Of a DNA stretch of 64,000 nucleotides, positions 41,317-49,680 are shown one piece after another (the first letter of the stretch is position 1; every line of letters begins with the position of its first letter). This DNA comes from Candidatus Cloacimonadales bacterium (GTDB lineage: Bacteria; Cloacimonadota; Cloacimonadia; Cloacimonadales; JAFGVF01). Under the pieces are notes generated by a model, which was not told the origin of the DNA, did not search any database, and saw only the letters and a list, made by a program, of their open reading frames with translations. Made by a program: the position numbers and the translations under genes. Location of the stretch: contig OY762964.1 of assembly GCA_963667035.1 (NCBI GenBank), positions 1 through 64,000 on the forward strand, read 5' to 3'.

Positions 41317-43671
41317 TTACTTAAGGAGTATTACACGCTTGATATCTTGTTGTGAATCAGCATTCAATTTGATAAGATATGCACCGGATGCAACTCTCTT
41401 ATTGTTTGAGTTATTACCATTCCAAACAAAGGAACCGTTTGTGTCTGAATTAACATGACCAAGATTATAACTGTTAACTAATTGTCCTCTTGTGTTGTAT
41501 ATATCAATGCTTACATTAGAGCTGTTTCTAACATAATACATAACAGTAGTGGTAGGATTGAAAGGATTAGGGCAGATAGATTTGATTCCTGTAAATTCAG
41601 TAATAGAACCAACATCTCCTCCACTATTCTCACTAATTAAAAGAGATATTGGACCATAGAATGTGTTTGTCCCGTCAATCTCAACAGATTCTAACCAGTA
41701 ATAGAACTCACAGTTTGTTTCGAATTCTTTATCAATAAATGAATAAGAGTTACCGACTGCACTATTAGTAGGTAAAACTATAGATGAGTTTAACAAAACT
41801 GAGTTTCTTAATACTTCATCCGTAGCTCTATAAATGTTAAAACCTGCTAAATTACTTTCAGATTGAGTAGTCCAATTGATTTCAGCTAAGTTATCAGATG
41901 TTGCAACAGCATCAAAGTATGAGAGAGTCACAGGTAATGTTTCGCCGTCAGAGAAGGTAACTGTAAGTGTTCTGTCTGAACGACCTGAAATAGGTGCTCG
42001 AAATGTATAAGTATACTGGGTAAGTCCTGCAGCTTCTTCAACGACACCTTCGACAGAGTCGAATAATTCGGAGATTGTTTGTCCGTTAGATGCGATAATC
42101 ACAAAAGTAGGATATGAACTATCAGGAACAACAACGTCTTCGTTATCATTAAATATTGTACCGTTATGTTTAGTAATTCCGGAACCACCTAACTGAATAG
42201 TAACTTCTCTACTTGTAGCTGCAGTTGTAAATGATCTCTGAGAGCCGTAAACTGTACCATTTGCCGTTGTTGCATAAGCTACATAATAGTAAGTAACACC
42301 TTCTGTTAAGCTACCGATAGTTGTATTAAAAATACCATTACCACTACCTGCACTATAAACAGAACCCATGTTTACAGGATTGAAGTCCATAGTTGTACTA
42401 ACTTTGAAACCTCTAGCTGTAATTGTTCCGTTAGCATTGAATACATTGCCAGTTACATTAGCTGAAGTAGCTGTAATATCAGTAGCAGCTAGAGTTGTAG
42501 TTTGGATTTCGGCAACTATTGCAGCCGCAGTTGTAAAAGATATGATGTTTTCATTCTCAGTCGGAGCAGTTGTATAAACTTGGTTGCCGACTCCACCATT
42601 GTAATCACAAACCATTATACGATAGTCTGTATTGTTAGTAAGATTGTTAACTGTTACTGAGGAAGCAGTACCATCATAAACTGAGACCCAACCGGATGTA
42701 CCTATCTGGTCTCCTGCACCAAAAGAATTATTTGCATAGTAAGTTACTGAGTTTACCGGAATCGGTGAACCACTGTTTGTTTGTTTCATGAATACAGCTC
42801 TTCTGATTGCAGATCCATTGTCCCAGTCGATTGTAACCTGATTACCAACATTATTGTTTACAGCAATGTTGGTACTAGGTTGGAACACTGCAACGTCTCT
42901 ATTTGATTCAACCCAGTTAGAGCTTGATCCACTAAGAGCAAAGTTAGTTAAATTACCATTATAACCATTTACTGAAGAATCCATGAGTGTTGCTACAGTA
43001 GAATTGTCACCACCAGCAACGCCTTGGTTAAATTGGAAATACATGATTAGATTCGGCTCATTACCTGTAAGAATTGAATTCATACGATCAACTACTTCTT
43101 GCTGAGATTTAGCGTCAGACCAGAATCTAACTTCGTCCATTTTACCTTCGAATGGGAACTCTCTGCCTGCAGAAGCATTTTCTGCACCCAATAATACAGG
43201 ACCTGAATTATTAGGTGTTGTAATGGGGTAATCTCCATAAAGATTATATAATGGTACAGTGTTGCCATTCACATACAATTTAATTTTATCTGAATCTATA
43301 GCTTGAGTTCCGTCAAAAATCATAGCCAAATGGAACCATTCACCTGTATAGATAGGTTCTGTATCTGTGTAAACATAAACACCGGGTTGAATTGCTATTC
43401 CGAGGTTTCCTTCAGTTGAGTATAATTGGAATTGAATTCTCTGACCGGCTCCTGCTTTTGAGAAAAAAGTTCTCCAAGTTACCCAATCATCGATTCTTAC
43501 CCACATTTCAACCGAGAGTTTTGACACTCCATCAAATTCATCAATATCACCTAAGTTAACATAATCATTGTCTCCGTCAAAATGGAGGCAATTGTCAGTA
43601 CTCCATAACATAGAACTACCAAGTAAAGTTAGAAATAAAAGACTAAGAATCACTGTTAATTTTTTCATCAT
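41317..43671 (-). CDS. Secreted LamG/concanavalin-like plus FN3-like protein with LPV.LS.F domain and CTD
   Basis: CLHFDGDNDYV, WFHLAMIFDG, FEGKMDEVRFW; YYYVAYATTANGTVYG; TLPVTLSYF; ICPNPFNP...KRVILLK. Confidence 0.85.
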   Translation of the reverse strand: MMKKLTVILSLLFLTLLGSSMLWSTDNCLHFDGDNDYVNLGDIDEFDGVSKLSVEMWVRIDDWVTWRTFFSKAGAGQRIQFQLYSTEGNLGIAIQPGVYVYTDTEPIYTGEWFHLAMIFDGTQAIDSDKIKLYVNGNTVPLYNLYGDYPITTPNNSGPVLLGAENASAGREFPFEGKMDEVRFWSDAKSQQEVVDRMNSILTGNEPNLIMYFQFNQGVAGGDNSTVATLMDSSVNGYNGNLTNFALSGSSSNWVESNRDVAVFQPSTNIAVNNNVGNQVTIDWDNGSAIRRAVFMKQTNSGSPIPVNSVTYYANNSFGAGDQIGTSGWVSVYDGTASSVTVNNLTNNTDYRIMVCDYNGGVGNQVYTTAPTENENIISFTTAAAIVAEIQTTTLAATDITATSANVTGNVFNANGTITARGFKVSTTMDFNPVNMGSVYSAGSGNGIFNTTIGSLTEGVTYYYVAYATTANGTVYGSQRSFTTAATSREVTIQLGGSGITKHNGTIFNDNEDVVVPDSSYPTFVIIASNGQTISELFDSVEGVVEEAAGLTQYTYTFRAPISGRSDRTLTVTFSDGETLPVTLSYFDAVATSDNLAEINWTTQSESNLAGFNIYRATDEVLRNSVLLNSSIVLPTNSAVGNSYSFIDKEFETNCEFYYWLESVEIDGTNTFYGPISLLISENSGGDVGSITEFTGIKSICPNPFNPTTTVMYYVRNSSNVSIDIYNTRGQLVNSYNLGHVNSDTNGSFVWNGNNSNNKRVASGAYLIKLNADSQQDIKRVILLK

Positions 43672-43942
43672 TTCTCCTTTGTTTTTGTCTTTTAAGATTG
43701 GGATTGTTTTCCCCGGATAATAGTCTCATACGATATGAATTGATTTCTTTCAGAATTTCAGAGCTATTCTGTAGATTGTATTCTCTTGTAATATTAATGA
43801 AGTTGTTATCATCAAGTGAAACAGTAAAACAATAGCTACTAGATCCGTTAAATCTAATCTTATACACATCACTAACATCAACCATGTGATTAATGATATG
43901 TGAGAAATCATCCGTTTTTTTTACATCTTCCTTTGTTTTCAT
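43643..43942 (-). CDS. Small hypothetical protein (~99 aa), first ORF after the sigma54 promoter
   Basis: Open frame MKTKEDVKK...; the track's TTG start lies inside the promoter, so ATG 43942 is preferred; overlaps the next start. Confidence 0.4.
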   Translation of the reverse strand: MKTKEDVKKTDDFSHIINHMVDVSDVYKIRFNGSSSYCFTVSLDDNNFINITREYNLQNSSEILKEINSYRMRLLSGENNPNLKRQKQRRNDEKINSDS

Positions 43943-43955
43943 CACTATATTTAAC

Positions 43956-43972
43956 TGCATACTTTGTTCCAA
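43956..43972 (-). promoter_or_regulatory. Sigma54 (-24/-12) promoter
   Basis: Minus strand TTGGAACAAAGTATGCA = GG-N10-GC. Confidence 0.7.
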
Positions 43973-44062
43973 ACATAAAGAATCATGAACAACTATTCAT
44001 AATGGATTGTAAAATAGGGTGTTGACTTGTTTTAATGCTCTTGGAAGGATGATCTGTTTAAT

Positions 44063-44113
44063 GGTTCAAAATGAGCTATAGGCTCAAATTGAAAGGTCAA
44101 ATTGAGCCTATAG
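44063..44113. promoter_or_regulatory. Candidate enhancer (UAS) sites for the sigma54 activator
   Basis: Three TCA-AAA/AAT-TGA palindromes (44066, 44084, 44097) and a 12-bp IR CTATAGGCTCAA/TTGAGCCTATAG, 95-140 bp upstream of the -24 box. Confidence 0.55.
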
Positions 44114-44130
44114 TCTAAATAGTAGTATTA

Positions 44131-46260
44131 TTAGAGAGAATAGTCTTCTCTAATTTTCTTGTATTTTCTTTTAAAAGTGGAGTAAGAGATTCCCATCTGT
44201 TTTGCTGCCTTGGTTTGATTTCCTTGGCAATCTTCCAGAGCTTTTAGGAGAATCTGGGATTCAAGAGTATGGATATTTTTACATGTATTTAAGTTATTTT
44301 TATTGATACTCTTTTCAAGTGTATGCATCTGGATTTTAAAATCTTCAGGAGTAAGACGATTTCCTTTTGTAAAAATCATTGTTCTTTCTATCATATTCTT
44401 TAACTCTCGAACATTACCTGGGAAAGAGTAATCATATAAGCAGTTAAGAACACTTGGAGAATAAGCAGGCATTGATTTATTCATTTTTGAAGAGAATTGC
44501 TTTAAGAAGTATTGAAGGAGTGGCTCAACATCCTCTCTACGTTCTCTTAACGGTGGTATGTTTATCTCAATTGTGTTAATCCTATAGAGTAGATCACCTC
44601 TGAATTGGTTCTCTCCAATTAGTTTGTTTAAATCTTTATTTGTTGCAGAAATCAATCTGAAATTGACGGATAAGGACTTGTTCGAACCTAATCTTTTTAT
44701 CTGCTTTGTCTCTAACACTCTGAGGAGCTTTGCTTGTAGACCTAATGGCATATCACCAATTTCATCTAAGAATAGGGAACCGTTGTTAGCTTCTTCGAAA
44801 TATCCTGGTCTACTATAGATTGCTCCTGTAAAAGCTCCTTTTACAAATCCGAAGAACTCGCTTTCTGCCATACTTTCTGGTATTGAGCAGCAATTCACAT
44901 CTATAAATTTGCCTATTTTATAAGAATCGGAATAATGAATAAGTCTTGCAACAATCTCTTTACCTACTCCACTCTCGCCAGTAACTAGGACTCTTGTATC
45001 TTTATAAGAGGCAGCTTCAATAGCAAGTCTCCTAACTTCCTTGATACTATCACTTTCACCTACAAATCCCGTGTTCATAACCTTTTTTAGTTCATCGGAA
45101 ATCAATGATTTCTCCTGACGTAAATTATTAATGCTCTTAGTTGTTTTCTCATACTTTTTCTGAATCGTAGTAAGCTGTGCTTTGAGATCTTGTTGGTACA
45201 TATCATCTTTCATCTCATCATATTTCAATCGATAGTCCATAGCTGTTCTATAGTCATTCTTAGCAATATAAATATCGCTCATTAATTGATAGCAATCCTT
45301 CATCTCAAACTTAACATTTGATTTCTCAGAGAGCTTAAGACTTTCTTCAATTCTCTTTAAAGCTTCATTGTATTTACCCTGATGATAATATATTGAGGAT
45401 ATATGCTTAATAATAGGGGCTTTGTATCTGATTCTTCCGGTCTCATTAGTTAACTCAAGAGCCCTTTGATAATAATCCAAAGCTTTATCATATTGCTTTT
45501 GGTCTTCTAAACAACCACCCAGATTGTTCAATAACACAATCTTATGATTGATAGGAGTATTCTCATTAACTTCTCTTAAAGCTTGAAAGTAGTATTCTTG
45601 AGATTTTTCTAAGTCAAAATTACTGTATGTAACTCCTAAGTTTAGTAATGCTGATATCTTACCTGAATCACCAAGTACTTTCTCTTTCAGTTTCAATGCA
45701 TCTTGGAAGAAAGCAATTGATTCATCGTATTGTTTTAGTTGACCATAGATTATCCCGCAAGCTTCAATCGCATTTATGTAGCTGAACCATGAGCCTCTAT
45801 CCTTTACTAAATCCATTTTGTTTTGAATCTTGTTAAACACTTCAATTGCCTCATTAAGATACTTTAAGGCTATGTCAAAGATACCTTTACTTCTGTATAG
45901 AAGCCCCATATCAGATTTAATTTCTGCTACTTTGACTACAATTTCTTTATGTTTATATATATTGAGGGCTTTTCGGTAGTTTTCCTCTGCTTCATCGTAC
46001 TCCTCACTAAAACTGTAATATTTACCAACACTACTAAAATTGTATGCTAATTCCAGTTCCATACCCGGTTTCATCATTTGAGGGATAATCTGTTCAAGAT
46101 AGTATATACATTTCTCAATTTTACCATTCTTTTGGTAGTGTTTTACTATCTCTTGCCCTAATTCTATTATAGTTTCTCTCTTATTCTCAATGATCGCTTT
46201 CTCAAATCTTTTTTCTATTAGTGAAATCGGAGTTTCATCATTACTCATCAATATCTCCAT
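44131..46260 (-). CDS. TPR-domain sigma54-dependent transcriptional activator (bEBP) 1
   Basis: ~390 aa of TPR; GESGVGKE, GAFTGA, LFLDEIG, FPGNVRELKN, HTH NQTKAAKQMGIS. Confidence 0.92.
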   Translation of the reverse strand: MEILMSNDETPISLIEKRFEKAIIENKRETIIELGQEIVKHYQKNGKIEKCIYYLEQIIPQMMKPGMELELAYNFSSVGKYYSFSEEYDEAEENYRKALNIYKHKEIVVKVAEIKSDMGLLYRSKGIFDIALKYLNEAIEVFNKIQNKMDLVKDRGSWFSYINAIEACGIIYGQLKQYDESIAFFQDALKLKEKVLGDSGKISALLNLGVTYSNFDLEKSQEYYFQALREVNENTPINHKIVLLNNLGGCLEDQKQYDKALDYYQRALELTNETGRIRYKAPIIKHISSIYYHQGKYNEALKRIEESLKLSEKSNVKFEMKDCYQLMSDIYIAKNDYRTAMDYRLKYDEMKDDMYQQDLKAQLTTIQKKYEKTTKSINNLRQEKSLISDELKKVMNTGFVGESDSIKEVRRLAIEAASYKDTRVLVTGESGVGKEIVARLIHYSDSYKIGKFIDVNCCSIPESMAESEFFGFVKGAFTGAIYSRPGYFEEANNGSLFLDEIGDMPLGLQAKLLRVLETKQIKRLGSNKSLSVNFRLISATNKDLNKLIGENQFRGDLLYRINTIEINIPPLRERREDVEPLLQYFLKQFSSKMNKSMPAYSPSVLNCLYDYSFPGNVRELKNMIERTMIFTKGNRLTPEDFKIQMHTLEKSINKNNLNTCKNIHTLESQILLKALEDCQGNQTKAAKQMGISYSTFKRKYKKIREDYSL

Positions 46261-46637
46261 GTTTTCATAAAATGACCTTATACCATTATTAAACTATATA
46301 GTTTATGCCTACTTTAATATACTATAAAGCGTTTTTCTGAAGTGTAGTCAAACTTTTTTTACGTAAGGTAAAACTATTAACATTATATTAAATCGATATA
46401 AATAAGGATAGTATCAAATGTAACTATGTGTTACTTAATATAGTTACAAGAATGAATGCATTTCATTATTGGGTATGGGAATAACTGCAAAATCTCAATT
46501 GTCATTGACAAAAAAGAGTCTGGTATTAAAGCGAGCAAAATGTGTGTAAGAGTTTTGGACAGTCATGTTTGATTTGCCTGGCTCTGCCTATTCATGCTAA
46601 GAAAAAAGATTAAGACAAATAAATACATAAGGAGAAA

Positions 46638-47072
46638 ATGATGCCTATTTCAACATTAAAATTAAGTGCAAAAGTTGGTGAAGGATTCAAAACCGAAGTA
46701 AATTGTTCCAACAATTTCATTATTGATCAACCAAAAGCTATGGGTGGAGAAGGACTGGGACCTAATCCTATGGAAATTTTTCTTGCTTCTCTTCCTGCTT
46801 GCATCTGTGCAATCGGAAGAATCGTTTCAAATCAGAAAAGGCTTAAGGTAAGAGGAATAGAAGTAGAAGTAGAAGGTGATATTGATAAGGATTTCCTTAT
46901 GGGAAAAACCGAGGAGGGGCGAGCAGGATTTACAGAGATAAGAGCTTATGTGAATATTGATGCCGATATGACTAATGAAGAAAAAGAGGAATACTTGGCA
47001 GAAATTACAAGAAGATGCCCAATTGCTGATAATATAATGAATGCTAGTGTAATAAAAGAAGAGATTAAGTAG
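46638..47072 (+). CDS. OsmC/Ohr-family protein
   Basis: IIDQPKAMGG..GPNPME..L.AC, RRCPIAD. Confidence 0.9.
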   Translation: MMPISTLKLSAKVGEGFKTEVNCSNNFIIDQPKAMGGEGLGPNPMEIFLASLPACICAIGRIVSNQKRLKVRGIEVEVEGDIDKDFLMGKTEEGRAGFTEIRAYVNIDADMTNEEKEEYLAEITRRCPIADNIMNASVIKEEIK

Positions 47073-47096
47073 TATAGCTACTTACCATATACTATG

Positions 47097-47134
47097 AGGG
47101 ATTAATCTTTGCGAATACCGGGAGATTGATCCCT
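47097..47134. terminator. Hairpin between convergent OsmC and bEBP2 genes
   Basis: AGGGATTAATCTT...GAGATTGATCCCT. Confidence 0.6.
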
Positions 47135-47155
47135 ATTTCTTATCAATTAGTGTAA

Positions 47156-49480
47156 TTAAAAACTCAGTTCATACTTTTTTATTCTTCTCGATAAAGCATA
47201 AGATGATATCCCAAGAAGTTTTGCTGCTTTTGTTATTACATTTTTGGACCGTGCCATGGCAATACATATATATTGCTTCTCAATATCTTCCAAATCAAGA
47301 TTTTCTTCACTCTTATCTAGCGATGAATTTACACTGTTGGTGAGGAATACATCATCAGATTCAATCTGTTCATTCTTACAGAAAAGTATAAGCCTTTGAA
47401 CGATGTTTTTTAACTCCCTAATGTTACCCGGATAGTTGTAATTATAAAGCTTAGTGAGGGCCTCCTGAGTAATGCTAGGAACTTTTGCATTCATTTCTTT
47501 GGAAAAGTGTTGGAGATAGTATTTTACTAACAGTGGAATATCTGATTTTCTTTCTCTTAGAGGAGGTAGATTAATTTCAATTGTGTTTATTCTATGATAT
47601 AGGTCGAATCTGAACTTCTCTTTTTCTGCCAGTTCAGCAACATTTATGTTAGTTGCACAAATCAATCTGAAATCAACACTTTTTTTAGCAGTATCTCCTA
47701 ATGGTGTAATTTCTTTTGTCTCTAGGACTCGAAGTAACATAGATTGTATCTCAATAGGCATTTCTCCAATTTCATCAAAGAATAATGTACCATGATCTGA
47801 TTTTTCTATCAAACCTTTATGATTATCCGTAGCTCCGGTGAAAGATCCCTTCTTATGTCCGAATAGGGAACTTTCAGCAAGGCTTGTAGTAAACACAGCA
47901 CTGTTGATTTCAACAAAATCATTGTTGCTCCTGATACTTGCATGATGGATGAGTCTTGCAATTGATTCTTTTCCTGTACCTGATTCTCCTAGAATTAGGA
48001 CATTAGCATGATTCTTTGATGCTATAAAAGCTTTCTCAATAATATCTTGTATACTTTTGCTCGTTCCTATAATAGGTAGACCAATTGCTCCATTTATCTC
48101 ATTCGATAGTAGAGACATACCACCCGTATAAATGTAATGAGTCTTTTGACCGGAGGAAACAAGTTGCCTCTCTTCCGTTTCTTTATCTAATCTAGATTTA
48201 TCCGCTTTAGCCTGTTTTAAGATATTAATCTCTTCTAGTAGAGTTGCATGAGCCAGTTTATAGTTCCCTTTTTTTTCGTGACAATAGGCTATCTTGTGTT
48301 TCAATCTTTCTTGAACAAGAAAATCTGCACTTTTCTTAGCTAGTTTGTCGGCTTTTATTAGTATTTTCATAGCTAAATCAAGTTTATCTAAATCAATATA
48401 TACTTCTCCCAATGTCTGAAGTATCAACATCTTCTTTTTTAGATTATTGTCTTTCTCAGCATATTCTAAGGCTTTATTTAGTCTTTTGATTGCATCATCA
48501 TAGTTTTTAAGTTTCCAGTCGCAATATCCTACGCTACTATAACTACTCATAAGTAGCGGAATAATCTGACTTTTCTCAGCATATTCCAATACTTGAATAT
48601 CATATTTTCTTGATTCAACAAAGTTATCGAAACTGGTGTAGCAAGCACCAATATTTGCTAATATTGAATAATATAGTTCCGGGTTCAATTTTCTTACCCA
48701 ATCCAGCTTTATTTGAAACAACAGATTGAGGGCTTTATCAGTTCTGTTTGTTCTATAATAATTCATTGCAATATTTGATTTAATTATTATGTGATTAATG
48801 GTTGGCTTTGTGCTATCTGAAAGACTTAAACTACTCTCGTAATACTTAATTGCTAAATCATATTTTCCTGTGCAATGACTTAATCTACCTAGTGCTGCAT
48901 AGGCATACTCTAATGCAATATCCGAGTTATGTCTCTTTGCGAATTCCAAAGCTTCGTTATAGTACTCTTCTGCCTTTATGTAATCACCTTTAAATTCATA
49001 GATATAGCCAACATTAGTGTATCTTTGGGGAATATCGAGTGAATCAGTTTGATTTATGATATTGAGAGATTCATTAAGATATTTCAATGCAAGTTCATGT
49101 TCATTTTTTAGCCAATATACATAACCATAGGCTTGCAAGATATTGGCAATCACTTCTTTGTCACTAATAAGTACTTTTAAGCTATCATAGACAGGTTTGA
49201 ATCTATCAAATGCTTGTATATCCGAAATATTTCTAATTCTTAAGAAAAGATATTTTAAAGCCATTCCCAACTGTATCTTTATATCCTCATTCAGATTTGG
49301 ATCAAACTTGAGAAAATCTTTAACTAACTCATGCATTTCTTCAAAGTATTGATAGAGATACTCAGGTTTCTCTTTGAAAGCATCTTTAATCAATTCACTA
49401 TAGATTCTAATTTTATCTATCTTGCCTGATTTCTTTAACAAAGCTATTTTTTCATCAATATTGGTCATAATACTCCGCAT
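47156..49480 (-). CDS. TPR-domain sigma54-dependent transcriptional activator (bEBP) 2
   Basis: ~450 aa of TPR; GESGTGKE, GSFTGA, LFFDEIG, YPGNIRELKN, HTH VITKAAKLLGIS. Confidence 0.92.
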   Translation of the reverse strand: MRSIMTNIDEKIALLKKSGKIDKIRIYSELIKDAFKEKPEYLYQYFEEMHELVKDFLKFDPNLNEDIKIQLGMALKYLFLRIRNISDIQAFDRFKPVYDSLKVLISDKEVIANILQAYGYVYWLKNEHELALKYLNESLNIINQTDSLDIPQRYTNVGYIYEFKGDYIKAEEYYNEALEFAKRHNSDIALEYAYAALGRLSHCTGKYDLAIKYYESSLSLSDSTKPTINHIIIKSNIAMNYYRTNRTDKALNLLFQIKLDWVRKLNPELYYSILANIGACYTSFDNFVESRKYDIQVLEYAEKSQIIPLLMSSYSSVGYCDWKLKNYDDAIKRLNKALEYAEKDNNLKKKMLILQTLGEVYIDLDKLDLAMKILIKADKLAKKSADFLVQERLKHKIAYCHEKKGNYKLAHATLLEEINILKQAKADKSRLDKETEERQLVSSGQKTHYIYTGGMSLLSNEINGAIGLPIIGTSKSIQDIIEKAFIASKNHANVLILGESGTGKESIARLIHHASIRSNNDFVEINSAVFTTSLAESSLFGHKKGSFTGATDNHKGLIEKSDHGTLFFDEIGEMPIEIQSMLLRVLETKEITPLGDTAKKSVDFRLICATNINVAELAEKEKFRFDLYHRINTIEINLPPLRERKSDIPLLVKYYLQHFSKEMNAKVPSITQEALTKLYNYNYPGNIRELKNIVQRLILFCKNEQIESDDVFLTNSVNSSLDKSEENLDLEDIEKQYICIAMARSKNVITKAAKLLGISSYALSRRIKKYELSF

Positions 49481-49502
49481 GCATTTTCGCTCTACTAAAC
49501 AT

Positions 49503-49520
49503 TATCGCTAGCGATATCGC
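49503..49520. promoter_or_regulatory. Overlapping palindromes, candidate UAS/operator
   Basis: TATCGCTAGCGATA (49503-49516) overlapping GCGATATCGC (49511-49520), ~115-130 bp upstream of the sigma54 box. Confidence 0.45.
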
Positions 49521-49631
49521 CGTTTTGCTTTTATTTTAGCATTTTGAATGATGTGTCAAACTATTTCTATAAATTTGTTAATGTTATAGATAACAAGAAA
49601 TTAGATGGGTGGTACTAATAGTATGAATTGT

Positions 49632-49648
49632 TTGGTTGTTTTCTTGCT
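49632..49648 (+). promoter_or_regulatory. Sigma54 (-24/-12) promoter
   Basis: TTGGTTGTTTTCTTGCT = GG-N10-GC with TTGCT -12 box, ~30 nt before RBS AGGAGG/ATG. Confidence 0.65.
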
Positions 49649-49680
49649 CCTTTAATAGGTAATTAATTAGGAGGAAACAT

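Noticed and set aside
43750..43911. 53-aa hydrophobic ORF (MISHISLITWLMLVM...) as a signalling-peptide precursor for the TPR sensor
   Set aside because: It is the shifted frame of the Asp/Asn-rich 99-aa ORF, which typically yields M/I/L-rich text, and it has no convincing RBS
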